From Verrucomicrobiia bacterium (lineage in GTDB: Bacteria > Verrucomicrobiota > Verrucomicrobiia > Limisphaerales > UBA1319): 64,000 nucleotides of DNA. This document shows positions 19,532-31,513 of the stretch, one piece after another (the stretch's first letter is position 1; every line of letters begins with the position of its first letter). The translations under genes were made by a program, and so were the position numbers. Location: NCBI GenBank assembly GCA_963664225.1, contig OY760937.1, positions 1,408,001-1,472,000 on the forward strand, written 5' to 3'. The notes beneath the pieces were generated by a model, which ran no database searches, had not been told where the DNA came from, and saw nothing but the letters and a program-made list of their open reading frames with translations.

Positions 19532-20399
19532 CGCGCGCCTCGATTTTTGCCCGGGTGGTTTTGGTGGTCGCATTGAGACCGAAACCTTCGCAGCAAAAAG
19601 ACGCGGTCACAGATCCATAAATCAATGCGCGCCGCAGGTTTTTCTCGGGCGAACCCTTGGCCCCCGCCAGATAACCGATCAGCCCGCCAACGAAGGAATC
19701 TCCAGCGCCTGTGGGGTCGATCACCTTTTTCAACGGAAAGGCCGGGGTCAGGAACAGGCCGTCCGGCCCGGACAGAAATGCGCCGTGTTCGCCCTTTTTG
19801 ATGATGACGTATTTAGGACCCAGCTTGTGGATCTTTGGCGCGGCGGCCACGATGTTATCCTCGCCGACCAATTGCCGCGCTTCGCTGTCATTGAGCACCA
19901 GTGCGTCGATGCGTTTCAACAAGCTCAACAGATCCTTGAGAGCAACGTTCAGCCAAAGATCCATGGTATCGGCGATGACGAATTTGGGCCGATCCATTTG
20001 ATCCAGCACATGATGCTGAAGGGCAGGGGCGATGTTGGCTAAAAGCAGCCAGGGCGTCTTGCGCCAGGCCTTCGGAAGCTCAGGTTTGAAATCGGCAAAC
20101 ACGCCCAACTCCGTCCCCAGTGTTCGGCGGTTGTTCATGTTGACCTCATATTCACCCGACCAGTGAAAGGTCTTGCCCGCGGCGATTTGAAGCCCGGCCA
20201 AGTCGATTCCGTGCTTTTTGTAGAGTTGAATGTAGCGCTTGGGGAAATCCGCGCCCACGATGCCGACCAATTGAACGGGGCTGAAAAAACTCGCGGCCAC
20301 GGCGGCATGGCTGGCGGAGCCACCGAGTAGCAGGGGATTTTCCGCCTTCGGAGTTTTAATGGAATCCAACGCCGTTGATCCGACCACAAGAACGCTCAT
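19497..20399 (-). CDS. PfkB family carbohydrate/nucleoside kinase
   Basis: GGSA, NDSEA, KKGEHGA and DPTGAGDSF motifs. Confidence 0.92.
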   Translation of the reverse strand: MSVLVVGSTALDSIKTPKAENPLLLGGSASHAAVAASFFSPVQLVGIVGADFPKRYIQLYKKHGIDLAGLQIAAGKTFHWSGEYEVNMNNRRTLGTELGVFADFKPELPKAWRKTPWLLLANIAPALQHHVLDQMDRPKFVIADTMDLWLNVALKDLLSLLKRIDALVLNDSEARQLVGEDNIVAAAPKIHKLGPKYVIIKKGEHGAFLSGPDGLFLTPAFPLKKVIDPTGAGDSFVGGLIGYLAGAKGSPEKNLRRALIYGSVTASFCCEGFGLNATTKTTRAKIEARVKELERMADFR

Positions 20400-20462
20400 G
20401 ATAAATAATTGTTGATTATTAAAATTGCTCCGACGCTTTTTTTGACGTTGTTTTTCGAGACG

Positions 20463-21101
20463 TCAGATTAGGCGACGCTTGAATGACTGACAAGCCCCCG
20501 CAACATCGGTTTCCTTGAGAATGGTTGACACCACGCAAATTCCACGGGCTCCCGCTTCCAGAATCTGGTCCAGATTCGACAAATTGATGCCGCCAATTGC
20601 AAACCATGGAACGGTGATGTTTCGCGCCGCCCATTCCACATATTGGAGCGAAACGGGTTTGGCTTCGGGTTTGGTGGCAGTGGAAAAAACGGGGCCAACG
20701 CCAAGATAATGCGCGCCTGCAGCCATGGCCCGTCGGGCCTGTTCCGGGCTGTGCGAGCTCAGGCCAATGAGGATTGGGTTGCCAGCGGGAACCAGTTCCG
20801 AAACGCTGGTCAGGCCAGCATCGAAAAAGTCTTCCTGTCCCAGATGAAATGCCGGGGCGCCTTTTTGAATGGCCACTGAGTAAAAATCATTAATCACCAG
20901 TCGCACACCCGCCTCCCGGGTAACCGGCAGAATTTGATCGATCAATTCGGCCACCTGATCGGAGGTGGAATTTTTGGCACGCAGTTGAATGAGATCGGAG
21001 CCGCCATCGCAAAGCTGTCGGGCCAGATCGGCGGGTTTGCGGCCGAGCAAATAGGCGGTATCGATGAATGTGTAAAGGCGGCACTCGTTTAGAGGCTTCA
21101 T
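20463..21101 (-). CDS. thiE: Thiamine phosphate synthase
   Basis: IQLRAK, VIND, HLGQED, GLSSH, GPVFSTATK and AIGGI motifs. Confidence 0.93.
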   Translation of the reverse strand: MKPLNECRLYTFIDTAYLLGRKPADLARQLCDGGSDLIQLRAKNSTSDQVAELIDQILPVTREAGVRLVINDFYSVAIQKGAPAFHLGQEDFFDAGLTSVSELVPAGNPILIGLSSHSPEQARRAMAAGAHYLGVGPVFSTATKPEAKPVSLQYVEWAARNITVPWFAIGGINLSNLDQILEAGARGICVVSTILKETDVAGACQSFKRRLI

Positions 21102-21139
21102 GTGCCGTTAAATACTCATGATTCCAACCCCGGCTTCTA

Positions 21140-22522
<1,383 letters not shown>

Positions 22523-22604
22523 GCAGTAGTTGTGGGATAAATCAGATCAATTGCGGATTTTTGCGCTTTTTAAGACATCTGCCATAGCATGATGAAGCCA
22601 AGAT

Positions 22605-23078
22605 CTAACGGGGTTTGATTTTAAACAATGGCTGACCATACTCCACGGGTTTTGAGTTTTCCACCAGCACCTGTGTTACCACCCCGCTCAATTCCGCCTT
22701 GATTTCGTTCATCACCTTCATGGCCTCAATGATGCAAACAACCGAATCCGCCGTAACCTCCGTTCCCACTTCCACGTAAGGCCCGGCTTCGGGTGTTGGG
22801 CATTTGTAAAAAGTGCCGACCATGGGCGATTTAATCTCAATCTCGTCTGAGACGGTAACGGTGGCCGGTGCGGGCACCTGACCGGCAGAAAGCTGACTGG
22901 GGGGCGGGGCGGAGGCATATCCCAATCCAGACGGAACCTCATCTTGATAGACAGTCACACCGCCACCGTTGGCCACTCGCTTAAGCCGGATCTTGAAATC
23001 CGGTTTTTCGAGTTCCAACTCAGAGACGGCGTTTTTCCTCATCAGATCGATGATGGCTTTTATGTCTTTTAAATCCAC
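22605..23078 (-). CDS. accB: Biotin carboxyl carrier protein
   Basis: SPMVGTFY and EAMKVMNEI motifs; GTG start at 23078 after an AGGAG SD. Confidence 0.95.
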   Translation of the reverse strand: MDLKDIKAIIDLMRKNAVSELELEKPDFKIRLKRVANGGGVTVYQDEVPSGLGYASAPPPSQLSAGQVPAPATVTVSDEIEIKSPMVGTFYKCPTPEAGPYVEVGTEVTADSVVCIIEAMKVMNEIKAELSGVVTQVLVENSKPVEYGQPLFKIKPR

Positions 23079-23300
23079 AGGCCTCTCCTGATTCAAATAT
23101 TTGCGCTGAATTTGTGACTGATAGCGCGTTCGGTTGTTGTAAAAAAAGCAGTCGTCGAACATCGACACTGCTTATCAAATTCTTAATACTGTTAACGAGC
23201 CTACGGGAAATTAAAAACCGCGTCAAGGTGGTAATTACATTCGAATTGACTGGTCAAAAAGGAGGATATTAGGAACGAAATGGACGATTAAAATCCAAAC

Positions 23301-23735
23301 TCAAGGATCCGTTAACGATATTGCAGCGTCAACTGCCAAAAGATAAGATGTCGCTCCAAAACCACAGATTTGGCCCTTGCATACTCCCGCAATCATTGAA
23401 CGATGACGAAATTCTTCCCGCGCGTGAATGTTCGAAAGGTGAATTTCAATTGTTGGAATTCCGATTCCCGCAATGCAGTCCCTCAAGGCAATACTGGTAT
23501 GCGTATATGCTGCTGCGTTTAGCACAATCACATCGAACTGGCCTTGTGCCTGCTGAATCCAGGTGATCAGCTCCCCTTCGAAATTCGACTGACGAAACTC
23601 GACCTTGGCTCTCAAGGACTGCGCGCGCTCGGTGACCAATTGCTCAATCTCAGCAAGCGTCTTTTTCCCATACACAGAGGGTTCGCGCTTGCCGAGAAGA
23701 TTCAAATTTGGTCCATTGAGAAACAAAATCTTCAT
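23301..23735 (-). CDS. aroQ: Type II 3-dehydroquinate dehydratase
   Basis: LNGPNLNLLGKREP, QSNFEG, HTSIALRD and EIHLSNIHAREEFR motifs. Confidence 0.96.
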   Translation of the reverse strand: MKILFLNGPNLNLLGKREPSVYGKKTLAEIEQLVTERAQSLRAKVEFRQSNFEGELITWIQQAQGQFDVIVLNAAAYTHTSIALRDCIAGIGIPTIEIHLSNIHAREEFRHRSMIAGVCKGQICGFGATSYLLAVDAAISLTDP

Positions 23736-23791
23736 AATTCACTCATAAAGCTAACGGTTAGAGCGAGCTTTGTCGATACCGCAGGCGTTTT

Positions 23792-25246
23792 TCATAATGG
23801 CTTCATTTTCGTGACGGATGCAGGAGCGGCAGAAGTGGCAGTGTCTTCAACCATCCCAACCAGCCAACCCATCAGTGTGAACGCGGTCCACGATAAAGCC
23901 GGAATGAACAGTCCGAATTCGACAAATTCTTGAAGCGACCATGCAATAAGGCCAAGTAAAGCCGCCTTGGCCAAGGGGTTGTGTAAATGGATGCGATAAC
24001 GATATAAATAACGAAATGTGCCAATAATGAAGCTTATATAGAGAATAAACCCAGGAATTCCTGAATCTGAAGCCTGTTCCAGATAATCGTTATGAACCAA
24101 TCTCGCCATTTCGGATTCCGGCGACTTCATCCCGCCATAGGGTACAGAGAAAGTGCCCGGACCGGTCCCTAGCAAAGGGTGTTGCGTGGTAATCATTGCT
24201 GCCGCCCGCCAATAGTCATATCGAGCAGAAACACTGGTAGCCCCTTTCTTGAAGTATGAAGAATAGCGAACACCGAATCCAACCAATCCCCCGGCAAAAA
24301 CCAGGATAATGATCGACCAGCGTAGTTTTTTGCTGAGATTTAGACTGAGTAGGATCCCGACCAGGCAAAACATTGCGATCAACCAGGCCGATTTGGATCC
24401 TGACCAAACAAGGCAAGCGATTCCAGCGTAGGCAATTAATCCAGTAGCCACTCCGCTGATCACATGGCCCCGCGAGCGAGTCAAATGCCAGGTGGCCATC
24501 AAAACCGGGGGCAGGAGCAGGAGCAGAACACCCGCCAAGGCGTTGGGATAGACAAGGGTGGAGTAAATTCGTCCTGTGGAAATGCGTGTCAAAAATTCCT
24601 GCGGCAGGAGTTGCCAGGTCGGCTGCTCATAAATCCATTTTCTGGTGGCCTCCAGACCTCCATAATGCTGGCCAAATGCATACCATAACATGAGGATAAA
24701 ACCTGCAATGACCGGCACAAAGAACCAGTGACGCGCCGGATTGCGGGCCAGGGCAAACCAACCCAGATAAAAACAGGTCAGGCAGGCCGTAAAATGAATG
24801 AGGGTGATGCGGGTCAAACTAAAGTCCACCGTCGAAACACTGGAAATTAATTGCCATCCATACCAGCATAATGGCAACAGCAACAAATACTTGGGAGTGT
24901 GTTTATTTTTAGTTCCAACCAGTAAACCCAAAATGAACACAATGGTCAGCCACCAGAGGCCGTTGGCCAGCGGCCATGGGACAAATAGGTTGTCGAACCA
25001 ACTGGCTTCTCCGGCCGGGGCCGATTGAAATGTGCTTGTGGCCAGATTAGGTTCAACGCCCAACAGGGATTCGGACGACCGCGCAAGCATGTGATCGAGT
25101 ATGACTGGATTCCCCAATTTAAGCAGCGCAATCCCGAGCAAGCCGCCAAAAGCCAGTGCAAAAACGATGTTAAGTGGATGTGGTATGGCTACTTGTGGCG
25201 CATTCAGTATCGCTGCGGGCTTCGTTTTTGATTTGTTGGCGCTCAT
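23792..25246 (-). CDS. O-antigen ligase family membrane protein
   Basis: Multi-TM; STLVYPNALA, SGSKSA, R.DYW, PLLGTGPG and VHNDYLE motifs. Confidence 0.82.
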   Translation of the reverse strand: MSANKSKTKPAAILNAPQVAIPHPLNIVFALAFGGLLGIALLKLGNPVILDHMLARSSESLLGVEPNLATSTFQSAPAGEASWFDNLFVPWPLANGLWWLTIVFILGLLVGTKNKHTPKYLLLLPLCWYGWQLISSVSTVDFSLTRITLIHFTACLTCFYLGWFALARNPARHWFFVPVIAGFILMLWYAFGQHYGGLEATRKWIYEQPTWQLLPQEFLTRISTGRIYSTLVYPNALAGVLLLLLPPVLMATWHLTRSRGHVISGVATGLIAYAGIACLVWSGSKSAWLIAMFCLVGILLSLNLSKKLRWSIIILVFAGGLVGFGVRYSSYFKKGATSVSARYDYWRAAAMITTQHPLLGTGPGTFSVPYGGMKSPESEMARLVHNDYLEQASDSGIPGFILYISFIIGTFRYLYRYRIHLHNPLAKAALLGLIAWSLQEFVEFGLFIPALSWTAFTLMGWLVGMVEDTATSAAPASVTKMKPL

Positions 25247-25274
25247 TGGACAATGGCTCGTTTTTTTGGAGCGT

Positions 25275-26309
25275 TCAAAGGTGTAGTTTCAAAAGACACA
25301 CTTCCAATGTTAACGCTTCTTGGACATTTGACTCCAATAGTTTTCGCGTTTTATGGACGATATTGATATTGTCTTCCGCGCGTTCAGGATCCAGGTTTTG
25401 GGCCACTGTTCGGGTGATGGCTGCAAACTGGGGGAAACAAAGTCGGGTGTCACTTTGTCCCAGTGTTTCGAGCCAGACGTCGCGGAGCCAGTTTTGAATT
25501 ACGGCGAGCGACTCGGCTCTGCGACGGCGATACTCGGATTCGATGGCGGCGTTGAGTTCTGTTTCCCACTTGTTCCTTAGCGAGGCTTCGACTTCGTCGT
25601 ATTTCTCCAACGGGCTGCTTGCGGACAGGTTCGTTTCTATCTGCCCTTTGATTTCCGAAAAATGGGCGACGAGCACTCCAAGCATTTGATAACGGGTTAG
25701 CAAATTCTTCGTCGGCGTTTGAGCGTATTCGCAGAATAGCTTTAGCCAGGGCTGCTGGGCGATATTCGTGAGTGAAGAGTTTTCCCCCCCGAGATTCAAC
25801 CGCAGGCATCGGGAAAGGATGGTTTCCAATATCCGGCCGGGATCATCGGAAATGAGGATCAAAATGGATTTTTGCGGCGGTTCTTCCAGGGTTTTCAGGA
25901 AGGCATTGGCGGCCTGAGTGTTCAAACGATCCGCGCTGACCAGGATGCCGGCCTTGTAACCGTTTTCCATCGCCTTCAAATGGATGGAGTGCATCAGGTC
26001 CCGCATTTGATCGATGGTGATGATGCGTAGCTTGGACTCGGGCCTGACCCAGGTGATATCCGGGTGATTATCCTGGTCAATACGCCGACACTCGTCACAG
26101 GCATCGCAACAATCCACTGCGGATTGGTTGGGACCCTTCCGCACAGGTTTGCGGCAATTGAGGGTTTTAATCAGATTCCTGGCCAGCGTCGAGGCGTCGT
26201 CAAGGGATGCCCCGGTTAGCAAATAGGCATGAGCTACGCGGCCCCGCTCGAGGCTGCGCTGCAATAAGTCCACCGTTTGCGGGTGGGTATGCATGGCGGC
26301 GAAAGACAT
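25275..26309 (-). CDS. holB: DNA polymerase III delta' subunit
   Basis: AHAYLL, Cys cluster CCDACDEC, HPD, AANAFLKTLEEP and TILSRC motifs. Confidence 0.92.
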   Translation of the reverse strand: MSFAAMHTHPQTVDLLQRSLERGRVAHAYLLTGASLDDASTLARNLIKTLNCRKPVRKGPNQSAVDCCDACDECRRIDQDNHPDITWVRPESKLRIITIDQMRDLMHSIHLKAMENGYKAGILVSADRLNTQAANAFLKTLEEPPQKSILILISDDPGRILETILSRCLRLNLGGENSSLTNIAQQPWLKLFCEYAQTPTKNLLTRYQMLGVLVAHFSEIKGQIETNLSASSPLEKYDEVEASLRNKWETELNAAIESEYRRRRAESLAVIQNWLRDVWLETLGQSDTRLCFPQFAAITRTVAQNLDPERAEDNINIVHKTRKLLESNVQEALTLEVCLLKLHL

Positions 26310-26437
26310 GACGAGATGCACGCTAGTGGAAGGTTCAGGAAAAAACCAACCATTTGTTCAGATCCCGCTCCGTATCAGAGTGAAAGCGGAAACCCGGCAT
26401 TTAAAACTGCCAACGGGCGCGGATCAAGGGAGGCCCA

Positions 26438-27076
26438 TCAACTGACCGAAAGCCCGACCATGGTGGCAACCACGGATACCGTTCCGAATGTGACCAACCC
26501 CAACATGTTGGAAACCAAGGGAATCTGAATCAAGATAATGACGAGGATGAACCCATATTGGCTGATGCGGTAATAGGTTTCATCACGCATTCCGATCAGG
26601 TTTTTGAGCAGATGCGAGCCATCAAGCGGCGGCACGGGAATCATGTTGAAAAAGCAGAGAATCAGGCTCAACACGGCCAGTTGGAAACAGGCATTGGTGA
26701 AGAGTTCGTAGCCGGCGAACTGAAAGATCCGGGCGATAATCAATACCACGACGCCGATGATGAAGTTCATTGCTGGTCCGGCAATGGACACCAGCGTGTC
26801 ATCCCGGCGCCGATGCCGCAGGTTATAGATGTTAACAGGCACGGGTTTGCCCCAGCCAAATGCAAAACTGCTCATGGTTAGCGTGATCAGGGGCAGAATG
26901 ACAGTCCCGATCAAATCCATGTGGGCCAGGGGATTGACGGTAACCCGGCCTTGAAGCTTGGCCGTATCGTCACCGCATTTCCAAGCCACCCAGGCATGTG
27001 CAAACTCATGCAGTGTCAACAGGGGCAGGAGGCAAAAGTATATCACCAACCCGTCCAAAATATGTTTCAAATCCAT
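26438..27076 (-). CDS. Site-2 protease family (M50) metalloprotease
   Basis: HEFAH, GWGKPVPVN, AGPAMN and FNMIPVPPLDG motifs. Confidence 0.92.
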   Translation of the reverse strand: MDLKHILDGLVIYFCLLPLLTLHEFAHAWVAWKCGDDTAKLQGRVTVNPLAHMDLIGTVILPLITLTMSSFAFGWGKPVPVNIYNLRHRRRDDTLVSIAGPAMNFIIGVVVLIIARIFQFAGYELFTNACFQLAVLSLILCFFNMIPVPPLDGSHLLKNLIGMRDETYYRISQYGFILVIILIQIPLVSNMLGLVTFGTVSVVATMVGLSVS

Positions 27077-27465
27077 CGCGACAAAACTAATGCAGCTTTT
27101 TCCAAAAAACCATTCATTTGTTGAGAAGAGGCGAAAGCTCGGATGCGCAAATGATGCATTTATAGGTTGTCGCCGTGCGGTTCAGACAAGGTTCCTCTTG
27201 TTCGAGTCAACTGCAATCGGAAAGCCATCGCCGCTTTTAAAGACCGGCCTTCTTCTTGTTGCTGCCAGACATTGAGACTTCCACATCCATTCATTGCTCG
27301 AGTTGACTATTGTTGTCCTTGAGCAGTTTTCAACTCGGATTCTCAAGCTCCCCCCCAGGGCTGTCAAACTCCGAGAGTCTCCCGGGCAAGGTAGGGGAGG
27401 GCTTTCAACTAAACGGGGCGCCATGCCTCTGCGCATGGTCGTTCCGTCTGCATATATGGATTGAC

Positions 27466-30400
27466 TCAGTGTAGCAGCTGCACCCTGTAAAACCGACGAG
27501 ACGAATTGATGACATCCGTCTTTGAAGCAGTGCGGCCGGAGGCCAGGATATCGCCATTGAGATCCGTCCAGAGGTTTGTCGTCAAATCGTCTTTGAATTG
27601 AACTCGATAGGTGACGTTGCTGACCGAATTCCATGTGATGGAAACCTGGGCAGCGCCTATTACAGCGATGTTCGAGATTTTAATTTCGGCCCCGCCAATG
27701 ATGGTCAACGTGCCGCTATTGAACGTGATCGTGTAATTCCCGCTGGTTAATCCATTGGGTGTGATGACATAATTACCCGCGTTCTCGCCCGGTGCGCGCG
27801 TGAAGGAAAGCGTCCCACCCAACACGCTCGCCGTTTCCCCATTCACAAATCCCGCGTAACTTGCCGTGAAGGTCGGGTCCGCCGCTCCATACGTTTTGGT
27901 CTTGTTGTCCGCGGTAACCGATAGCGCTGCCTTATCGATGGTCAATGTGCCGGTGTTGAATGTGATCGTGTAGTTCCCGCTGGTTAACCCACTGGGGGTG
28001 ATGACATAATTGCCTGCGTTCTCGCCCGGTGCGCGCGTGAAGGAAAGCGTCCCACCCAGCACGCTCGCCGTTTCCCCATTCACGAATCCCGCGTAACTCG
28101 CCGTGAAGGTCGGATCAGCCGCTCCATACGTTTTGGTCTTGCTGTCAGCGGTGATGGTCAAACCGGTCCTGTCGATGGTCAGTGATCCGGTAATGAAAGT
28201 AATCGTGTAATTCCCGGTGGTTAATCCACTGGGGGTGATGACGTAATTGCCCACGCTCTCACCTGGTGCGCGCGTGAAGGAAAGCGTCCCACCCAGCACT
28301 CCCGCCGTTTCCCCATTCACAAATCCCGCGTAACTCGCCGTGAAGGTAGGATCCGCCGCTCCATACGTTTTGGTCTTGCTGTCAGCGGTGATGGTCAAGC
28401 CAACCTTGTCGATGGTCAGTGATCCGGTATTGAACGTGATCGTGTAATTCCCGGTGGTTAATCCGCTGGGTGTGATGACGTAATTGCCCGCGTTCTCGCC
28501 CGGTGCGCGCGTGAAGGAAAGCGTCCCACCCAGGACGCTCGCGGTTTCCCCATTCACGAATCCCGCGTAACTCGCCGTGAAGGTCGGATCAGCCGCTCCA
28601 TACGTTTTAGTCTTGTTGTCCGCGGTGATGGTCAGGCCAACTTTGTCGATGGCCAGCGAGCCGATGTTGAACGTAATCGTATAATTCCCGCTGGTTAATC
28701 CGCTGGGTGTGATGACGTAATTGCCCGCGTTCTCGCCCAGTGCGCGCGTGAAGGAAAGTGCCCCACCCAGCACGCTCGACGTTTCCCCATTCACAAATCC
28801 CGCGTAACTCGCCGTGAAGGTCGGATCCGTCGCTCCATACGTTTTGGTCTTGTTGTCCGCGGTGATGGTCAAACCGGCCTTGTCGATGGTCAATGAGCCG
28901 GTGTTGAACGTGATCGTATAATTGCCACTGGTCAGTCCGCTAGGTGTGATGAGGTAGCTGCCCACGCTCTCACCTGGCGCGCGTATGAAGTTCAGTGCGC
29001 CGCCCAGCACGCTCGCCGTTTCCCCATTCACAAATCCCGCGTAACTCGCCGTGAAGGTCGGATCCGTCACTCCATACGTTTTGGTCTTGCTGTCAGCAGT
29101 AACCGATAGATGGACAGGTGCAATCACCAGCGTGCTTCCTGCGAAACTGATGGTGTAACTGCCGTTGGCTGCAAGCGTTCCCTGGGTAATTGCGTAAGGA
29201 CTGCTTGCCACAGTCTCGCCCGATGCCCGCGATAGCGTGCCTGTCAATACAGTGGCCGGTGTGTCAGTGAACTTCAGCCCGCTCACGGAGTAGGTGAGGG
29301 GCGGCTCCGATGCTCCGTAAACTTTGATCTGGGGATCGGCTGTGATTGTCAAAGTCGATGGATTTACGGTGATGTGGAATACATTTGTGGCCTTCAGGTT
29401 TGGGCTGCCACCATCGTCCGCGACAACCGTTACAGGATACACGCCAGCCTGTGTTGGTGTCCCTGCAAACGTGCGTGTGGATCCCGCAAAGTTGATGCCT
29501 GGCGGCATTTCAAAGGCCGTGTAACTCAACGTGTCGTTATCAGGGTCCGTGAATGTATTGGCTGGAAACTGGAAGTTGAACGCATCCCCGTAATAAACGG
29601 GCGCCGGATCGGCAATCGGGTTGGCCACCACCGGCTTTAGATTGGTGACCTTGAGCGTTACGGATGCGAGGTCGTAACTCACCTGCATGCCGAGGTCGTT
29701 GGAAGGATAGTTGAAGGTCGCGAATACACCGCCTCGGCTGGCTGCGGTCAGGAAAGTGAACGTCGCGCCGTTGGTTGGGAGGAAGCTGTTGGTTAACGTG
29801 ACATTGAGCGTGCCACCCAGCGAGGCAACCCCTCCAGCGCCCCCTGCGGTGACAGTGATCAAATCGAATCCGGTCCCTGGCGCATATCCGCCCAGGTCAA
29901 TGTTCAATACGCCGGAGGCTGTTTGCTGATAATTACCAGTGATGTCCAATTCACCCAGAGGCAGCCCAGGGCTGATGCTGGCGGAATTAATGACATTCTG
30001 GTTGTTGGCCAGGGTAATCGAACCCGTGCCGATTAGCCTGCCACCCACGAAATTCAGCGGTTGTCCCTGGACGTCCAAACCGCCACCGTCCAGGAGCGTA
30101 AGCCCGGCCGTTTGTTGGTTTACAGCATAGCGCACAACGTTGGTTTGCACGTCCACGGTTCCGGTGTTGATGAACTGTGGATCAATGGTTGTGGTTCCGA
30201 GCGCCGCTGTGCCGCCCGACTTGCGAAAGAGGCCGGCGTTGTTGAACGTGGCAGGGGCGGTGGCCATATTCATGCGGCCATCGAACGTGTTTTCGAACGT
30301 CCCGCCAGCCTCGTTGTTAATCACGGCTCCGCTGCCTGCGGTGATGTTGCCAACGTTCCACGTCACAACCCCCGCATTGTTCAACGTGCGCGCTGTGAGC

Positions 30401-30882
30401 GTTGCATTGCCGGTTATGTTCACCGCGCCGTTGGTGCTGATGCTCGTTACCGCTGCGCCGCTCATGGTGCCGCCAGCCCAGTTCAGAGTGCCGTCCACAG
30501 TGAGCGCGCCCAAGCCGGTTACGGTGCTATTGGCCACGGTCATCGCAAGATGGCCATTGGGGTTCACCACGCTCGCGCCGTTTAATGTCAGGATGGACCT
30601 GCCCAGGGACAGGGTTTGTGTGCCGCTGGTCCCACCGAGTGTGAGGCTGCCAACGGTCGCATTTACGGCATCCGGAAGTGTGACGGTGTAGGTTCCACTA
30701 TTGTTGATGAAGACATTGTCGCCCGCCCCCGGCAACTGTGCCGGACTCCAATTGCCGGCGTTATTCCAAAGCCCGGTGCCGCCGATCCATGTGATGTCTG
30801 CGGCTTGAACTGAGGGGATGCCAGACTGCAAGTTAATGGCAATCATCGCCAGACCGGCAATAGACAAGAATTGATTATTCAT
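27466..30882 (-). CDS. Large secreted adhesin-like protein: beta-helix/passenger-like region, putative Ig domain, 7 MBG domains and a C-terminal 'FYRV' domain
   Basis: Signal peptide; G/T/N-rich repeats; FTDPDNDTLSY..PPGINF Ig-like motif; TADxKTKTYG..DP MBG repeats. Confidence 0.85.
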   Translation of the reverse strand: MNNQFLSIAGLAMIAINLQSGIPSVQAADITWIGGTGLWNNAGNWSPAQLPGAGDNVFINNSGTYTVTLPDAVNATVGSLTLGGTSGTQTLSLGRSILTLNGASVVNPNGHLAMTVANSTVTGLGALTVDGTLNWAGGTMSGAAVTSISTNGAVNITGNATLTARTLNNAGVVTWNVGNITAGSGAVINNEAGGTFENTFDGRMNMATAPATFNNAGLFRKSGGTAALGTTTIDPQFINTGTVDVQTNVVRYAVNQQTAGLTLLDGGGLDVQGQPLNFVGGRLIGTGSITLANNQNVINSASISPGLPLGELDITGNYQQTASGVLNIDLGGYAPGTGFDLITVTAGGAGGVASLGGTLNVTLTNSFLPTNGATFTFLTAASRGGVFATFNYPSNDLGMQVSYDLASVTLKVTNLKPVVANPIADPAPVYYGDAFNFQFPANTFTDPDNDTLSYTAFEMPPGINFAGSTRTFAGTPTQAGVYPVTVVADDGGSPNLKATNVFHITVNPSTLTITADPQIKVYGASEPPLTYSVSGLKFTDTPATVLTGTLSRASGETVASSPYAITQGTLAANGSYTISFAGSTLVIAPVHLSVTADSKTKTYGVTDPTFTASYAGFVNGETASVLGGALNFIRAPGESVGSYLITPSGLTSGNYTITFNTGSLTIDKAGLTITADNKTKTYGATDPTFTASYAGFVNGETSSVLGGALSFTRALGENAGNYVITPSGLTSGNYTITFNIGSLAIDKVGLTITADNKTKTYGAADPTFTASYAGFVNGETASVLGGTLSFTRAPGENAGNYVITPSGLTTGNYTITFNTGSLTIDKVGLTITADSKTKTYGAADPTFTASYAGFVNGETAGVLGGTLSFTRAPGESVGNYVITPSGLTTGNYTITFITGSLTIDRTGLTITADSKTKTYGAADPTFTASYAGFVNGETASVLGGTLSFTRAPGENAGNYVITPSGLTSGNYTITFNTGTLTIDKAALSVTADNKTKTYGAADPTFTASYAGFVNGETASVLGGTLSFTRAPGENAGNYVITPNGLTSGNYTITFNSGTLTIIGGAEIKISNIAVIGAAQVSITWNSVSNVTYRVQFKDDLTTNLWTDLNGDILASGRTASKTDVINSSRRFYRVQLLH
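27700..29112 (-). repeat. Six near-identical 237-bp tandem repeats encoding 79-aa MBG domains
   Basis: TCCATACGTTTT recurs at 27886, 28123, 28360, 28597, 28834 and 29071 (237-bp period); a diverged seventh copy lies at about 29130-29352. Confidence 0.95.
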
Positions 30883-30968
30883 AATAGACTCATTTCCCCG
30901 TTGTTTTCGACCATGTTATCCTCGGTAAACCCTTCCATTGGGTGCGGTATGGAATCCCGCATTCCTGG

Positions 30969-30999
30969 GTAAGAGGGCTCAATGGTGATTTTGTTCCCG
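30969..30999 (-). promoter_or_regulatory. Putative ECF-sigma promoter upstream of the MBG protein
   Basis: Minus strand CGGGAAC-aaaatcaccattgagcc-CTCTTAC (17-nt spacer); same motif as at 35343 and 35586. Confidence 0.75.
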
Positions 31000-31258
31000 A
31001 TAAACTGGGAAAACATTTTGCAAATGGCGCCATTGCAGGCTACCATAACCCTTGACTAATGAATTGCTGCGTTGCTCGACTGGGCCTGTTTCCGCAGTCA
31101 ATTAGAGCTTGGTGAGGTTCGGAACGGGCAGGGTGCGCATGGCTGCAACATCCAAAATCGCATGAATCGCCAGGCATATAAAATCAAGACCGCTGCTGGA
31201 CCTGCTCAGGCGCTGGGGATTGCCCCTTAAACCCTAAAACTTTAGCGATTCGACCCTG

Positions 31259-31441
31259 ATGAAAGCCTATTTGATTACCACCGGCACGGTCTTCGGTCTG
31301 ATTACTCTGGCACATATCCTGCGCCTGTTTGCGGAGGGACCACGGCTTGCGAAGGAGCCGTTGTTTCTTCTCCTGACACTGGCTGCTGCTGGTTTGAGCT
31401 TTTGGGCGTGGCGCTTGCTTTGGAGATCTTCCCGCCCATGA
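31259..31441 (+). CDS. Small two-TM hypothetical membrane protein
   Basis: 60-aa ORF with two hydrophobic helices filling an intergenic gap. Confidence 0.6.
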   Translation: MKAYLITTGTVFGLITLAHILRLFAEGPRLAKEPLFLLLTLAAAGLSFWAWRLLWRSSRP

Positions 31442-31513
31442 TCAGGGCCTTCCCCATCGGTGCCAGGATCGACGAATGGCATTCCGCATTCTCAGCCGGT
31501 TTGATTCGATCGC

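Noticed and set aside
27182..27634. 150-aa ORF downstream of and overlapping the MBG gene
   Set aside because: It overlaps the MBG C-terminus out of frame and has no protein-like features.
27700..29112. Regular repeats as a CRISPR array or DGR template/variable repeat
   Set aside because: They are in-frame 237-bp coding repeats with no unique spacers, and no cas or reverse transcriptase gene is present.
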